Assembly (NCBI GenBank): GCA_964477455.1
Contig: CAYZHG010000106.1
Location: 1-35,246, forward strand
Length of the DNA stretch: 35,246 bases
Direction of reading: 5' to 3'
Source of the DNA: an uncultured Gammaproteobacteria bacterium
GTDB taxonomy: Bacteria > Patescibacteriota > Patescibacteriia > Magasanikbacterales > GWA2-37-8
The position numbers were made by a program, and so were the translations under genes. The notes under the pieces were generated by a model. The model did not search any database, had not been told where the DNA came from, and saw only the letters and a list, made by a program, of their open reading frames with translations. Positions 1 through 9,200 of the stretch are shown piece after piece; position 1 is the stretch's first letter; every line of letters begins with the position of its first letter.

Positions 1-1
1 G

Positions 2-736
2 TTGTATATTGAAGCAGCGATTGCTTCAGTGGGACGTTGTTATGATTTTGGTCCAGTGTTTCGTGCCGAAAAAAGCAAGACTAAACGTCATCTTACAGAA
101 TTTTGGATGATGGATGCAGAGGCTGCTTTTGTGGAGCATGAAGAAAACTTAAAAATCCAAGAAGGTTTGGTTCGTCATATTGTTCAATATTGTTTGCAAC
201 ATTGTATGGATGAACTAGTCTTGTTGGAACGTAATATTGAAAATCTTAAAAAAGCCGACGCACCATTTACTCGTTATACTTATGATGAGGCGATTGTGAA
301 ACTAAACGCCATGGGTAGTGATATTAAATATGGTGAAGATCTTGGTAATGATGATGAAGGGCTTTTGACCAAAGATTCTGAGGTACCGGTGTTTATTGAA
401 AAGTGGCCAAAAAGCATTAAGCCATTTTATATGAAACGTTCAGCTGAAAATCCAGAGTTAGTTTACAATGATGATTTGATTGCGACAGAAGGTGGCGGTG
501 AACTTATTGGCGGTAGTCAGCGTGAAGATAATGTGGAATTATTGACGGCTCGTATCAAAGCCGAAGGTTTGAATGAAGCGGACTATGCTTGGTATACGGA
601 TCTGCGTAAATATGGCAGTGTACCACATTCAGGATTTGGAATTGGTTTAGAACGTGCGGTGCGCTGGATTACTGGTGTTGAGCACATCCGCGAATGTATT
701 CCTTTCCCACGCACTATTTCGCGCTTGAAGCCATAA
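2..736 (+). CDS. asnS: asparagine--tRNA ligase, C-terminal part (5' end outside window)
   Basis: The ORF is open to the window edge; the track start is an internal TTG. Class IIb aaRS motifs are present: [24 protein letters not shown] and [27 protein letters not shown]. The pattern is typical of AsnRS. Confidence 0.88.
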   Translation: MYIEAAIASVGRCYDFGPVFRAEKSKTKRHLTEFWMMDAEAAFVEHEENLKIQEGLVRHIVQYCLQHCMDELVLLERNIENLKKADAPFTRYTYDEAIVKLNAMGSDIKYGEDLGNDDEGLLTKDSEVPVFIEKWPKSIKPFYMKRSAENPELVYNDDLIATEGGGELIGGSQREDNVELLTARIKAEGLNEADYAWYTDLRKYGSVPHSGFGIGLERAVRWITGVEHIRECIPFPRTISRLKP

Positions 737-739
737 TTT

Positions 740-1201
740 ATGAAAATTCAAGTTCCAGGTGCCGGTATCTACAATATAGAAACCGTTGTGTTGGATTTAA
801 ATGGGACAGTGAGCGTGAATGGAAAAATCGTGGTCGGAGTAAAACAACGTATAAAACAAATTAACGCGCTCGGAATTAAAACAATCTTATTTTCTGGAGA
901 TACACAAGGAACAGCTGTGGCAATCGCCAAGGATTTAGGAGTGGTCTTTGTCAAAACTAATACAGCTCAAGATAAATTGAGAGAAATAAAGAAATTAAAA
1001 CCGACCACTTGTATAGCGATCGGTAATGGTTTGATTGATGCTTCTTTTTTGAAAGCGGCTAAGCTGGGAATTGCGATAATGCAAGCCGAGGGCGTGAATA
1101 CCAAAGCAATTTTGGCCGCGGATATTCTGATGAATTCAATCAATGATGCTCTGGATTTAATTTTGAATGAGAAAGTGTTTATTTCGACATTGCGAAAATA
1201 A
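740..1201 (+). CDS. HAD-superfamily hydrolase (small soluble P-type-ATPase-like, COG4087 type)
   Basis: 153 aa. Contains VVLDLNGT (a DxxGT-like motif), FSGDTQG and GNGLIDASFLKAAKLGIAI (a GxGxND-like motif). Starts 3 nt after the asnS stop. Confidence 0.6.
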   Translation: MKIQVPGAGIYNIETVVLDLNGTVSVNGKIVVGVKQRIKQINALGIKTILFSGDTQGTAVAIAKDLGVVFVKTNTAQDKLREIKKLKPTTCIAIGNGLIDASFLKAAKLGIAIMQAEGVNTKAILAADILMNSINDALDLILNEKVFISTLRK

Positions 1202-1228
1202 ATTATAAAAATTTAATTTGGCTATTTT

Positions 1229-1255
1229 AAAACCACAGATTAATTCTGTGGTTTT
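1229..1255. terminator. bidirectional intrinsic terminator between convergent genes
   Basis: AAAACCACAGA-ttaat-TCTGTGGTTTT: an 11-bp stem with an A-run on one side and a T-run on the other. It overlaps the stop of the minus-strand gene. Confidence 0.6.
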
Positions 1256-2214
1256 AAATTTATAATTGCAATTTCTGGTGGATTCCAAAACCGAATTGGT
1301 CCGCCGGATTCACCCAAGCCAACGGAGGTGAATAATTTCATTCCACGCCAATCATTCAAACCTTTATAAAATACTTTTGGTAAAACAATTTTAGCATCGC
1401 CAAGGGGGCCGATAAATGGCAAGCGAATTTGTCCGCCGTGGGTATGTCCAGTTAGAGAAATAGTTGGAAGTGGTTCGTCTTTTGGATAAAACAAAACTGC
1501 ATCTGGGTTGTGGGCTAAGAGAATTAAAGGAATATTTTTATCCCAATTTTTTAATTCTTTAAAATTTAAACTTGCACCCCAAATATCATCGATACCAAAT
1601 AAGCAGATAGTTTCATCTTTGATTTTAGGGCACTTAAGTTGATTTAATAAAAGCGAAATACCAAGTTCGTTCATTCTTTTAGTAAGTAATTCCGAACGAT
1701 CACCAGTTTGTCGTCGGATATCACTCACAGTATTTCCACTTACACCATACTCGTGATTTCCAAAAACATAATAAATAGGATATTTGTTTGCAAGTTCTTT
1801 TAATGGTTCTAGATATTTTGTTTCATCTTCAAATGTTCCTTCATTAGAAATAAAATCTCCGCCAATTAAAATTACATCTGGGTGAATGGTATTTATATTA
1901 TTAACTATTTTTTGCGTCCAAGCTAGTTTTTTATATTTTCCAACATGTATATCAGATATAAAAACCACTTTTAGAGGTGATTTTAAATTTGGACTTACAA
2001 AATCAAATTCATTTTTTACAATAATATTGCGTTCAATAAAACGTGCGTCAATGGCGCAAATAATGATTAAACTTAATAAAGTAATAATTAAATAAGATAT
2101 TTTTTTATAACGATTTAAAAATAAACCAGGTTGTTTCAAATCACGAATAACCCAAACAAGCAGCAAAGTGCTGACTAGGATTGCTTCGTAAATTAAGATT
2201 GAATAAAAATTCAT
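1240..2214 (-). CDS. membrane-anchored metallophosphoesterase (calcineurin-like, YkuE-type)
   Basis: 324 aa with N-terminal TM helices. Motifs SDIHVG, GGDF, GNHE and GHTHGGQ are present. Confidence 0.85.
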   Translation of the reverse strand: MNFYSILIYEAILVSTLLLVWVIRDLKQPGLFLNRYKKISYLIITLLSLIIICAIDARFIERNIIVKNEFDFVSPNLKSPLKVVFISDIHVGKYKKLAWTQKIVNNINTIHPDVILIGGDFISNEGTFEDETKYLEPLKELANKYPIYYVFGNHEYGVSGNTVSDIRRQTGDRSELLTKRMNELGISLLLNQLKCPKIKDETICLFGIDDIWGASLNFKELKNWDKNIPLILLAHNPDAVLFYPKDEPLPTISLTGHTHGGQIRLPFIGPLGDAKIVLPKVFYKGLNDWRGMKLFTSVGLGESGGPIRFWNPPEIAIINLKPQN

Positions 2215-2241
2215 GTTGATTCAATTATGGACGATTTCTTA

Positions 2242-2814
2242 TTAATTTTTTAATAATTTTAATATTTTTATAAATTCATCGGTTCTTTTAGATAAACGTA
2301 TTGTATATTTATCTGCACTTTTTGTTTTTATAATGTATAAATTGGCATCAAAACCTAGTCGTTTAATAATCATTATCACGTCATTAGCTAGTTCTGGAAT
2401 TATGGTGACAAAATTTACCATTTTATATTTTCTATCAAAGTAAATAGATCCGTCCGTTTCAATTAATCCACGTAAACATTGAATAGAAAATTTCTCACTG
2501 TCCATAATCCACTTTGGAATTCTAACCTTTTGTAAATGTTTAGGTCCGCCCTTTGCTTTCCAACCAAGTAATTCTTCCCATTGATTCGAATAGCAACTTA
2601 CATCACAACACCCTTGATTTCGAACAACTATTGAAACTTTGTTAAGCGGCATTATTTTTTGTAATATTTTGCAAATGCGATTTAATAGTTTTGGATATTT
2701 ATTATCACAAGTAATTCGCAGTCTTACGGCGCGATTGTTGGAATTAGAAAGATTGCCATCTCCAATAGCAAGGCCTATCACATAAGCCAGTTCCCTCTTT
2801 TTACGTAGAAGCAT
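2242..2814 (-). CDS. LAGLIDADG homing endonuclease, double-motif, free-standing
   Basis: Two LAGLIDADG-type motifs: LAYVIGLAIGDGNL and CLRGLIETDGSIY. I moved the start to ATG 2814 (MLLRKKRE...) because the track ORF 2242..2949 runs through a tRNA gene and its promoter. Confidence 0.75.
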   Translation of the reverse strand: MLLRKKRELAYVIGLAIGDGNLSNSNNRAVRLRITCDNKYPKLLNRICKILQKIMPLNKVSIVVRNQGCCDVSCYSNQWEELLGWKAKGGPKHLQKVRIPKWIMDSEKFSIQCLRGLIETDGSIYFDRKYKMVNFVTIIPELANDVIMIIKRLGFDANLYIIKTKSADKYTIRLSKRTDEFIKILKLLKN

Positions 2815-2820
2815 ATTTTG

Positions 2821-2904
2821 TGCCGCGGGAGAGAATCGAACTCTCATGATGTTGCCATCGCGGGATTTTGAGTCCCGTTCGTCTACCAATTCCGACACCG
2901 CGGC
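2821..2904 (-). tRNA. tRNA-Leu (anticodon CAA), class II with long variable arm, CCA not encoded
   Basis: Reverse complement: GCCGCGG TG TCGGAATTGGTAGACGA A CGGGA CTCAAAA TCCCG CGATGGCAACATCATG AGAGAG TTCGATT CTCTC CCGCGGC A. All four stems pair. The variable arm is GATG-GCAA-CATC. Confidence 0.9.
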
Positions 2905-2920
2905 TCCTGATTTGTAGATA

Positions 2921-2949
2921 ATTATAGCCAATCTTTTATCTTTTGTCAA
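2921..2949 (-). promoter_or_regulatory. sigma70-type promoter for tRNA-Leu (and the downstream LAGLIDADG gene)
   Basis: On the minus strand: TTGACA (2949-2944), a 17-nt spacer, then TATAAT (2926-2921). The tRNA 5' end lies about 16 nt downstream of the -10. Confidence 0.65.
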
Positions 2950-2983
2950 CTTTATGATATACTAACCGATGTAAAAATAACTT

Positions 2984-3754
2984 ATGTCTGTAATCATTTC
3001 TGTCGTTAATCAAAAGGGTGGTGTGGGTAAAACTACGACCGCTGTGAACCTAGCAGCTGGCCTTTCGGAGGCCGGTAAATTTGTGTTGTTGGTAGATTTG
3101 GACCCACAAGGAAATGCCACTTCTGGTTTGGGTATAAAATATCGTGAATTACAAAGTGGGCTTTACCATGCATTGATGGGGCAAGCCCGCGCTCATGATG
3201 TTATCGCCAATACTTCTCATGCTGGATTGCGTGTAATTCCAGCCACTCCTGATCTGGCTGGTGCCAACGTTGAATTGGTGAGTGTGGAGAATCGTGAACG
3301 AAAGTTGTCTGATCTTTTGACTGAGGTAAAACATGCTTATGACTATGTATTGATTGATTGTCCGCCATCTCTCGGTATGTTGACCCTAAATGGTCTAGTT
3401 GCGGCGGATCATATTTTAATTCCGGTGCAAGCTGAATATTATGCTTTGGAAGGTTTAGGACAACTTTTAAAAACAGTAGAATTGGTTAAAGAAAATATCA
3501 AACCTGAACTTAGTGTACTTGGAGCGGTTGTAACTATGTTTGATGGTCGCAATAAACTATCTGAGGAAGTGATGAACGATCTTTATAAATTTTTTCCAAA
3601 TAATATTTTTCGTTCGGTTATCCCACGTTCGGTGCGTTTGGCAGAGGCGCCAAGTTTTGGTAAGAGTATCTTTCACTATGAGCCAAAAGGAAAAGGAGCC
3701 AAAGCCTACGAAAGATTATCACGTGAAATTTTAGATTTTTTTGATAAAGTTTAA
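2984..3754 (+). CDS. parA: chromosome partitioning ATPase ParA/Soj
   Basis: 256 aa. Deviant Walker A NQKGGVGKTTT, plus DLDPQGN and IDCPPSLG. Confidence 0.92.
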   Translation: MSVIISVVNQKGGVGKTTTAVNLAAGLSEAGKFVLLVDLDPQGNATSGLGIKYRELQSGLYHALMGQARAHDVIANTSHAGLRVIPATPDLAGANVELVSVENRERKLSDLLTEVKHAYDYVLIDCPPSLGMLTLNGLVAADHILIPVQAEYYALEGLGQLLKTVELVKENIKPELSVLGAVVTMFDGRNKLSEEVMNDLYKFFPNNIFRSVIPRSVRLAEAPSFGKSIFHYEPKGKGAKAYERLSREILDFFDKV

Positions 3755-3763
3755 TAATAAAAT

Positions 3764-4618
3764 ATGTCTTTAGGTCGCGGTTTAGGCGCTTTGATTACGC
3801 CAACAAATAAAGTGGTCAACCAATCTTCTCATGCTTCTGAAGTAGAAGGAAAAATTTGGTTTATTCCAGTTACTAAAATCACTCCAGATCCAAATCAACC
3901 CCGCAAACATTTTAAACCAGAAGAGTTGGATCAATTGGCCGCCTCAATAAAAGAACATGGTGTGCTACAACCTTTGCTGGTAGTTGAAAAAACTGATGGT
4001 GGTTATGAATTGGTTGCCGGCGAGCGTCGTTGGCGTGCTTCGCAGTTGGCCGGTTTAACAACTGTGCCGGTGCTTATCAAACAGTGGGCGAACCAAGAAA
4101 AATTAGAAGTATCTTTGATTGAAAATATTCAACGTGAAAATTTAAATCCACTCGAAGAAGCATTTGCATACAAAAGATTAATTGAAGAATTTAATCTTAC
4201 TCAACAACAAGTAGCCGATCGAGTAAACAAGAGTCGTCCAGCGATTGCTAACGCGGTACGTTTGTTGGATTTGCCAGCTCCAGTACAAGCGGCATTAGTG
4301 GAAGGAAAAATAAATTCTGGTCAGGCACGCGCTCTACTTTCACTGGCTTCGTCGCAAGAACAACTAAATATGTTGTCTTCGATGTTGGGAGAAAAAATAA
4401 CAGTTCGTGATCTTGAGCGTGAAGCAAATAAACAAAAAGTTTTGAGTAATCGTCCGATTCGAAAAGATCCAAATATTCTTTATTTAGAAGATAAATTGAG
4501 AGCGGAGCTTGGTACGAAGGTGAATATTTCTTCAAAAGGGGTACGGGGGACGATTGCGATTGATTATTATTCGGATGAAGATTTGAAACGGCTGGTGATA
4601 AAATTATTGGGGGAATAA
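3764..4618 (+). CDS. parB: chromosome partitioning protein ParB/Spo0J
   Basis: 284 aa. ParB box GERRWRA, the IENIQRENLNPLEEA motif and an HTH (LTQQQVADRVNKSRPAIANAVRLL). Lies directly after parA. Confidence 0.92.
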   Translation: MSLGRGLGALITPTNKVVNQSSHASEVEGKIWFIPVTKITPDPNQPRKHFKPEELDQLAASIKEHGVLQPLLVVEKTDGGYELVAGERRWRASQLAGLTTVPVLIKQWANQEKLEVSLIENIQRENLNPLEEAFAYKRLIEEFNLTQQQVADRVNKSRPAIANAVRLLDLPAPVQAALVEGKINSGQARALLSLASSQEQLNMLSSMLGEKITVRDLEREANKQKVLSNRPIRKDPNILYLEDKLRAELGTKVNISSKGVRGTIAIDYYSDEDLKRLVIKLLGE

Positions 4619-4634
4619 ACGTGTTGCTAAAAAC

Positions 4635-4727
4635 AAAAACAGACACTTACATTTCGCTTTTTTCAGCCGCGAGGCTGAAAGGATGAGCCTCGGCTCATAA
4701 CCCGCTCAATTGTAAGTGTCTGTTTTT
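4635..4727. repeat. copy A of a conserved two-hairpin core enclosed by a 17-bp terminator-like outer stem
   Basis: The outer stem 4635-4651/4711-4727 is perfect, preceded by an A-run and followed by a T-run. The interior 4652-4710 is the reverse complement of 28840-28894, near-identical in blocks. Confidence 0.65.
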
Positions 4728-4742
4728 TTTGTTATCCTAAAA

Positions 4743-5810
4743 TCAAGTTGTGAGGTGCCAATTTGGGTCGGCTTTGATGTCCTGCCAATTGGTAAAGTTA
4801 TTTTTTTGAGCTTGATAATATCCAGCGACTGCGATCATGGCGGCGTTGTCCATGCAGTTTTTTAATTCTGGGTAGACAAATTTTGTTTCTGGGTATTCTT
4901 TGGTAATTATTTTTGTGAGTGTTTCGCGTAGTTTTTTGTTGGCACTTACTCCACCAGCGAGAATCAGTGTTTTTGGGTTTGTTTCTTTGACGGCACGAAT
5001 AGTTTTATAAACTAATACATCGATAATTGCTTGTTCAAATGATGCACAAAAGTCTTCTCGTGTTGGCGAGTTGGGTGTTTGGCCATAAACACCTGTGGGT
5101 AATTCATATGGCATTATTTTGTCGGCGGATAATTTGTTGGCTTGTAACCAATAAAGTGCGGAGGTTTTTAATCCCGAAAAAGAAAAATCCAAATTGTTAT
5201 CTTTCATCATTGGTCTAGGAAAAATTATTGCATCAGTTTTTCCAGTTTCGGCCAATTTAGAAATTTGTGGACCACCTGGATATGGTAAATCCAAAAGTTT
5301 TGCAACTTTATCAAAACATTCTCCAGCGGCATCGTCTTTTGTGTGGCCTAGTAATTTATATTCACTTGGATTATTTATTTGTGTGATTTCAGTATGGCCA
5401 CCGCTGACTACTAATGCAATTGCTGGATATTCAATTTTTTGATTAGGCGTTAGCTCGACCGAATATATATGTCCCTCCAAATGGTTAACGGCGACCAATG
5501 GAATATTCCAAGCTAAAGATAATGCTCGAGCCGCTTCTGTACCAACTATTAATCCAGTAATAAGACCTGGGCCGGCGGTTACGGCAATCACCTCTGGTTT
5601 TGGTTGGTCTTTGAGAATTTCTTCGATAAGTGGCACAATTTTTTCAGCGTGTAATCGTCCGGCAATTTCTGGAACTACTCCACCATATTTTTTATGAATT
5701 TCAATTTGAGAAGCGGTTTTTTCTGAAATTACAAAACAACCATTTTCAGAACAGTCTAACAGAGCAACAGATGTGTCGTCACAAGATGATTCAATACCTA
5801 ATATAATCAT
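4743..5810 (-). CDS. tsaD: tRNA N6-adenosine threonylcarbamoyltransferase TsaD (Kae1/Gcp family)
   Basis: 355 aa. Contains MIILGIESSCDDTSVALL, NHLEGHIY, VSGGHTE and AGGVSANKKLR. Confidence 0.92.
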   Translation of the reverse strand: MIILGIESSCDDTSVALLDCSENGCFVISEKTASQIEIHKKYGGVVPEIAGRLHAEKIVPLIEEILKDQPKPEVIAVTAGPGLITGLIVGTEAARALSLAWNIPLVAVNHLEGHIYSVELTPNQKIEYPAIALVVSGGHTEITQINNPSEYKLLGHTKDDAAGECFDKVAKLLDLPYPGGPQISKLAETGKTDAIIFPRPMMKDNNLDFSFSGLKTSALYWLQANKLSADKIMPYELPTGVYGQTPNSPTREDFCASFEQAIIDVLVYKTIRAVKETNPKTLILAGGVSANKKLRETLTKIITKEYPETKFVYPELKNCMDNAAMIAVAGYYQAQKNNFTNWQDIKADPNWHLTT

Positions 5811-5866
5811 AAGGCTATACTATAGCCAAATTATAGCGAAAATTCAAGTGTGGTCTTATCTTTCTA

Positions 5867-5894
5867 TTGACTTTTTGTATAATTAATATATAAT
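5867..5894 (+). promoter_or_regulatory. sigma70-type promoter for tRNA-Glu
   Basis: TTGACT (5867-5872), a 16-nt spacer, then TATAAT (5889-5894). The tRNA starts at 5909. Confidence 0.55.
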
Positions 5895-5908
5895 AAGCGA
5901 AGATATTT

Positions 5909-5983
5909 GGCCTCATCGTCTAATGGTTAGGACATTGCCCTTTCACGGCGAAAATACGGGTTCGATCCCCGTTGGGGCTACCA
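5909..5983 (+). tRNA. tRNA-Glu (anticodon UUC), CCA encoded
   Basis: GGCCTCA TC GTC TAATGGTTAG GAC A TTGCC CTTTCAC GGCGA AAAT ACGGG TTCGATC CCCGT TGGGGCT A CCA. It has the same layout as E. coli tRNA-Glu, including the 3-bp D stem. The acceptor stem has two G-U pairs, one of them at 1-72. Confidence 0.9.
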
Positions 5984-5989
5984 TTCGAG

Positions 5990-6021
5990 AACTTCACTAA
6001 ATTTAGTGAAGTTTTTGTTTT
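5990..6021 (+). terminator. intrinsic terminator after tRNA-Glu
   Basis: AACTTCACTAA-at-TTAGTGAAGTT stem followed by TTTGTTTT. Confidence 0.7.
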
Positions 6022-6155
6022 ATTAAAGATAAATTATTGGGTTCGATCAAATCTTTTACACAATCTACTAAGACAAAGTTTTTTAGCAGTTGCATGTGTT
6101 AAATAACTTTAGAAACTATTTTTTGTCTTATCCACACTTGCAAAAGTTTAAGCCC

Positions 6156-6183
6156 TTGACAAATTGGATAATAGTGGTAAAAT
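6156..6183 (+). promoter_or_regulatory. sigma70-type promoter (extended -10) of the 1128-aa gene
   Basis: TTGACA (6156-6161), a 16-nt spacer, then TGgTAAAAT (6175-6183). The ATG lies 30 nt downstream. Confidence 0.55.
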
Positions 6184-6204
6184 ATTACCAGTAAATAATT
6201 ACCA
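6175..6204 (+). promoter_or_regulatory. candidate operator: inverted repeat TGGTAA-aata-TTACCA plus a third TTACCA half-site
   Basis: TGGTAA at 6175-6180 and TTACCA at 6185-6190 overlap the -10. A further TTACCA lies at 6199-6204. The downstream protein begins with an XRE-type HTH. Confidence 0.35.
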
Positions 6205-6212
6205 TATTTCAT

Positions 6213-9200
6213 ATGTCTATACTTGGGCTACGAATAGCTGAATTCCGTAAAAAAATGTCTTTCACACAGCAAAAGCTCTCAGAGCTGGCGGGGGTGGATT
6301 ACAACACTCTACGAAAAATCGAAACGGGAATGACTAAGAATCCGGGCCAAGAAATAATTGTAAAAATAGCATCTGCTTTAAGCATTCCGATAACTACGCT
6401 CATTGAAGAACCTAAGCCAACCACCTTCGGCGAAGGCATATTGCCCTTTCTACAGTTATCTCCCGACCGATTTGAAAGTCTTGTTCTAAAGATACTAAGC
6501 GAAGATAGTAATTACCGAAATGTTGAGCCATATGGAGGCATGGGCGATAAAAAGAGAGATGTTTTGGCAAAGATGGTGGTCGATGGTAAGATTTCAGACA
6601 AATCTACCTTATTTCAGGCTAAGAGGCATAAAACAACCTCGTCAACAACCCTAAACGGTGAACTCGATAAAATTAAAATTCATTTTTTTGACACCGCAGA
6701 ACCTGCTACTCCCATCGAGGGAATTGTGTTTTGCTTGGCTGATGTGCCCTCGCCCATAATTAAAGATCGTGTTAAAGAATGTGCGAGGGCATTGGGTTTA
6801 CCCGAACCTATTTTTTGGGACGCTCGCCTACTTGATGTTAAATGCCATGCGAGCAAAAGCATAATGAACGAGTACTTTCGTGGACACCTACACGAAATCA
6901 AAGAGGGAATCGAGAATATTTCTTCACAACTCGAAACCAATTTGTCTGGTATAAAATCAGATGTTAAAAAAAGCATAGAAATGTCCCAATCCGCGATAGC
7001 TGATGTGAAAGAAGCTATTACATCATTTAGCTCAGCTGACGACGCCGAAATGCAAAGAGCTCGACGTTTAATCGGCGAGGGTAAATATACCGAAGCCAAG
7101 GAAATTCTTTTAACGTTAAAAGAGAAAGTAGAAAAATCTAACGATAGTAATCGGCTTAAAAAACTTTACAATAATTTAGGACTTTGCTTTGCAAAAAGTG
7201 GAGATGATTCTTATATTATAAAAGGAATTGAGCTTCTTGAAAAAGCTTTAGATATTGACAATACATTTTCTGCCCCAAAAAGGAACCTGATATCGGTGAT
7301 AACCGATAACGGTTTATCTGAAAAATATAAACAAGCTGTCTATTTGGGCAAACAGCTCTACGAAAGTGAGCCATATAATTCTGACTTTCTGTCCTCCTAT
7401 ATTTTTGCACTGAATGCCTCTGGTAACAGAAAAGACGCTCGCGCAATCTTAGAATCAATAAGTGATATCGAGAAAAGAGTATCCGAAAACGAAGGTCTTT
7501 GCGTTGCTGCGATAATTGTTTATTTTGGTGAAGATGAATTTATGCAAAAAGCAGGGGCTCTGGTCGAAATTGGGTTAAAGAGCTTCCCAGATTCTCCCCC
7601 TATGAATCGTTTTAAAGGCAGTTTTTTGATGTATGAAGCAGAGAAAAAAGGTTACGGGTATCTCGGAGACGATCCCTTACCGATTTTTAAGGATTTAGAT
7701 ATGGTTTCAAAAGCTGTAGAACACTTTGAAAGATCTCTATCTCTTATGGAAAATGGGCCATGGCCAGAATTTGCTAAAAATCAAGTCAGGTTCTTCATCT
7801 ATAACACCCGCACTCTTTTGCACGAGGGAAGAAGAGAACAGCTTGGAGATCTCTTAGAACAATCACGAGAGATCGAACCTGAACTTCTTTCGGACGATGA
7901 AAAAAGGAATAAGCTTCTCGCTGATGTATCACTAGAGTTACATCAAAAAAACTCTCGAAGAGCTTACGAATTGGCGACTGAGTTTATTAAAAAGTACAAC
8001 TGTAGTTATGAAAGCGTAAAAAAAATTGCTAGAAATTTTCTTCAATACGGCGCTGTTGAGCAAGCCATAAAATTTCTGACATCTATTACCGAGGAAGCCA
8101 AAGAAGCTGAAGACTTTGAGTGCTGGGCGTTACTGAGTCAATGCTACCTCCTTATCGGCGACAAAAATTCTGCACTGAGAGTGATGAATGAGTCAAAAAC
8201 ATTTTTTGCCAGTAAAAATCCCGAGACATTTAATACTATTCTATCACATTACGGAGCCGTCGCAGCTCGTTACAAGGACAATAGCGAATCAAGTCGTCTT
8301 CTCGATAACATCTGGGAATTACAAAAAAATCTTCCTAATGAAACCATCCTAAAACCAATCAAGGCCATTGAAGAAGATGGTAGTCTTTCCCCCGAGATAA
8401 AGAATATATTAGAAAATGCTAAGGAAGATTTTGAATCTAAACGCGATTTGCTGGCAACAAATCCTGTTCCTGTCTATTTTTTGATGGTAGATAAGATGTT
8501 TGGCAGATCATTTCCAGAAGTTTTGGAACTTCCAAGAGAAAGCTTTGATTTCAGTTTTGTGCTACCGTACAATCAGCTAGACAATGACTTTGCTAAAAAG
8601 CAAAAATTGAACTTCGATAATGGTACTACTTTCGTCTTGGATTATAGTGCGCTTTTAAATTTAGCCCGAAGTAAGCAACTTGGGCTGTTTGCTGCTCTTG
8701 GGAAAAAAGTCGTCGCCTCAGAGCATCTTCTCTGGACCGTTCAAAGAGATCTTATTATTTTAGAAGACTCTTCATTAAGAGAAGCGTGGAATTTTTTACG
8801 AAGTGATTTAATAGAGTTATTCCCTCATAGGGAACAACTAGTTGGGATGCCCGAAAAAATGCGAACATTCTTTGAAACTGAAATGAAATGCCAGTGGTTA
8901 ACGCAAGAGATTGACTACTGCATTAAAAATGATGCGGTCTTAATCACTGACGATCTTAGATTGTGGCATTATATGTACTCTACAGAAGTTAAATCGAAAG
9001 CCGTTAACAGCTTTATCTTCTTCCAAGAAGGATTATCGAGAGGAGCGCTGGACGTTGTACAATACAGCCTGGTTATCGCTGAACTCGCCGATCTGTTTTA
9101 TCACTTTCTACCCTTTAATGGGGAGAATTTCCTACACATTATTCTCGAAGATGATCGCAAGATAGAACAGGGACAATTAGCATCACTAACTTTTAAATAT

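Noticed and set aside
2815-2949. N-terminal 45 codons of the track ORF 2242..2949 (MTKDKRLAII...).
   Set aside because: This stretch is the antisense reading of tRNA-Leu(CAA) and of its -10/-35 promoter. The first LAGLIDADG motif fits a start at ATG 2814.
3715-3730. parS-like site ATTAT-CACGTG-AAATT at the 3' end of parA.
   Set aside because: Only the central CACGTG and part of one arm match the TGTTTCACGTGAAACA consensus; the arms match at about 5 of 10 positions. That is too weak to call without a ParB-binding or genome-wide motif analysis.
4248-4646. 132-aa minus-strand ORF overlapping the parB 3' half and structured element A.
   Set aside because: It is antisense to parB, and its start lies inside the terminator-like stem.
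6039-6048. GGGTTCGATC 10-mer identical to the T-arm of tRNA-Glu (5958-5967), considered as a possible att-site remnant marking an integrated island.
   Set aside because: It is only 10 nt long, lies 56 nt from the tRNA on the same side of the gene rather than flanking it, and has no matching copy beyond the gene (9600-9810). No integrase is present.
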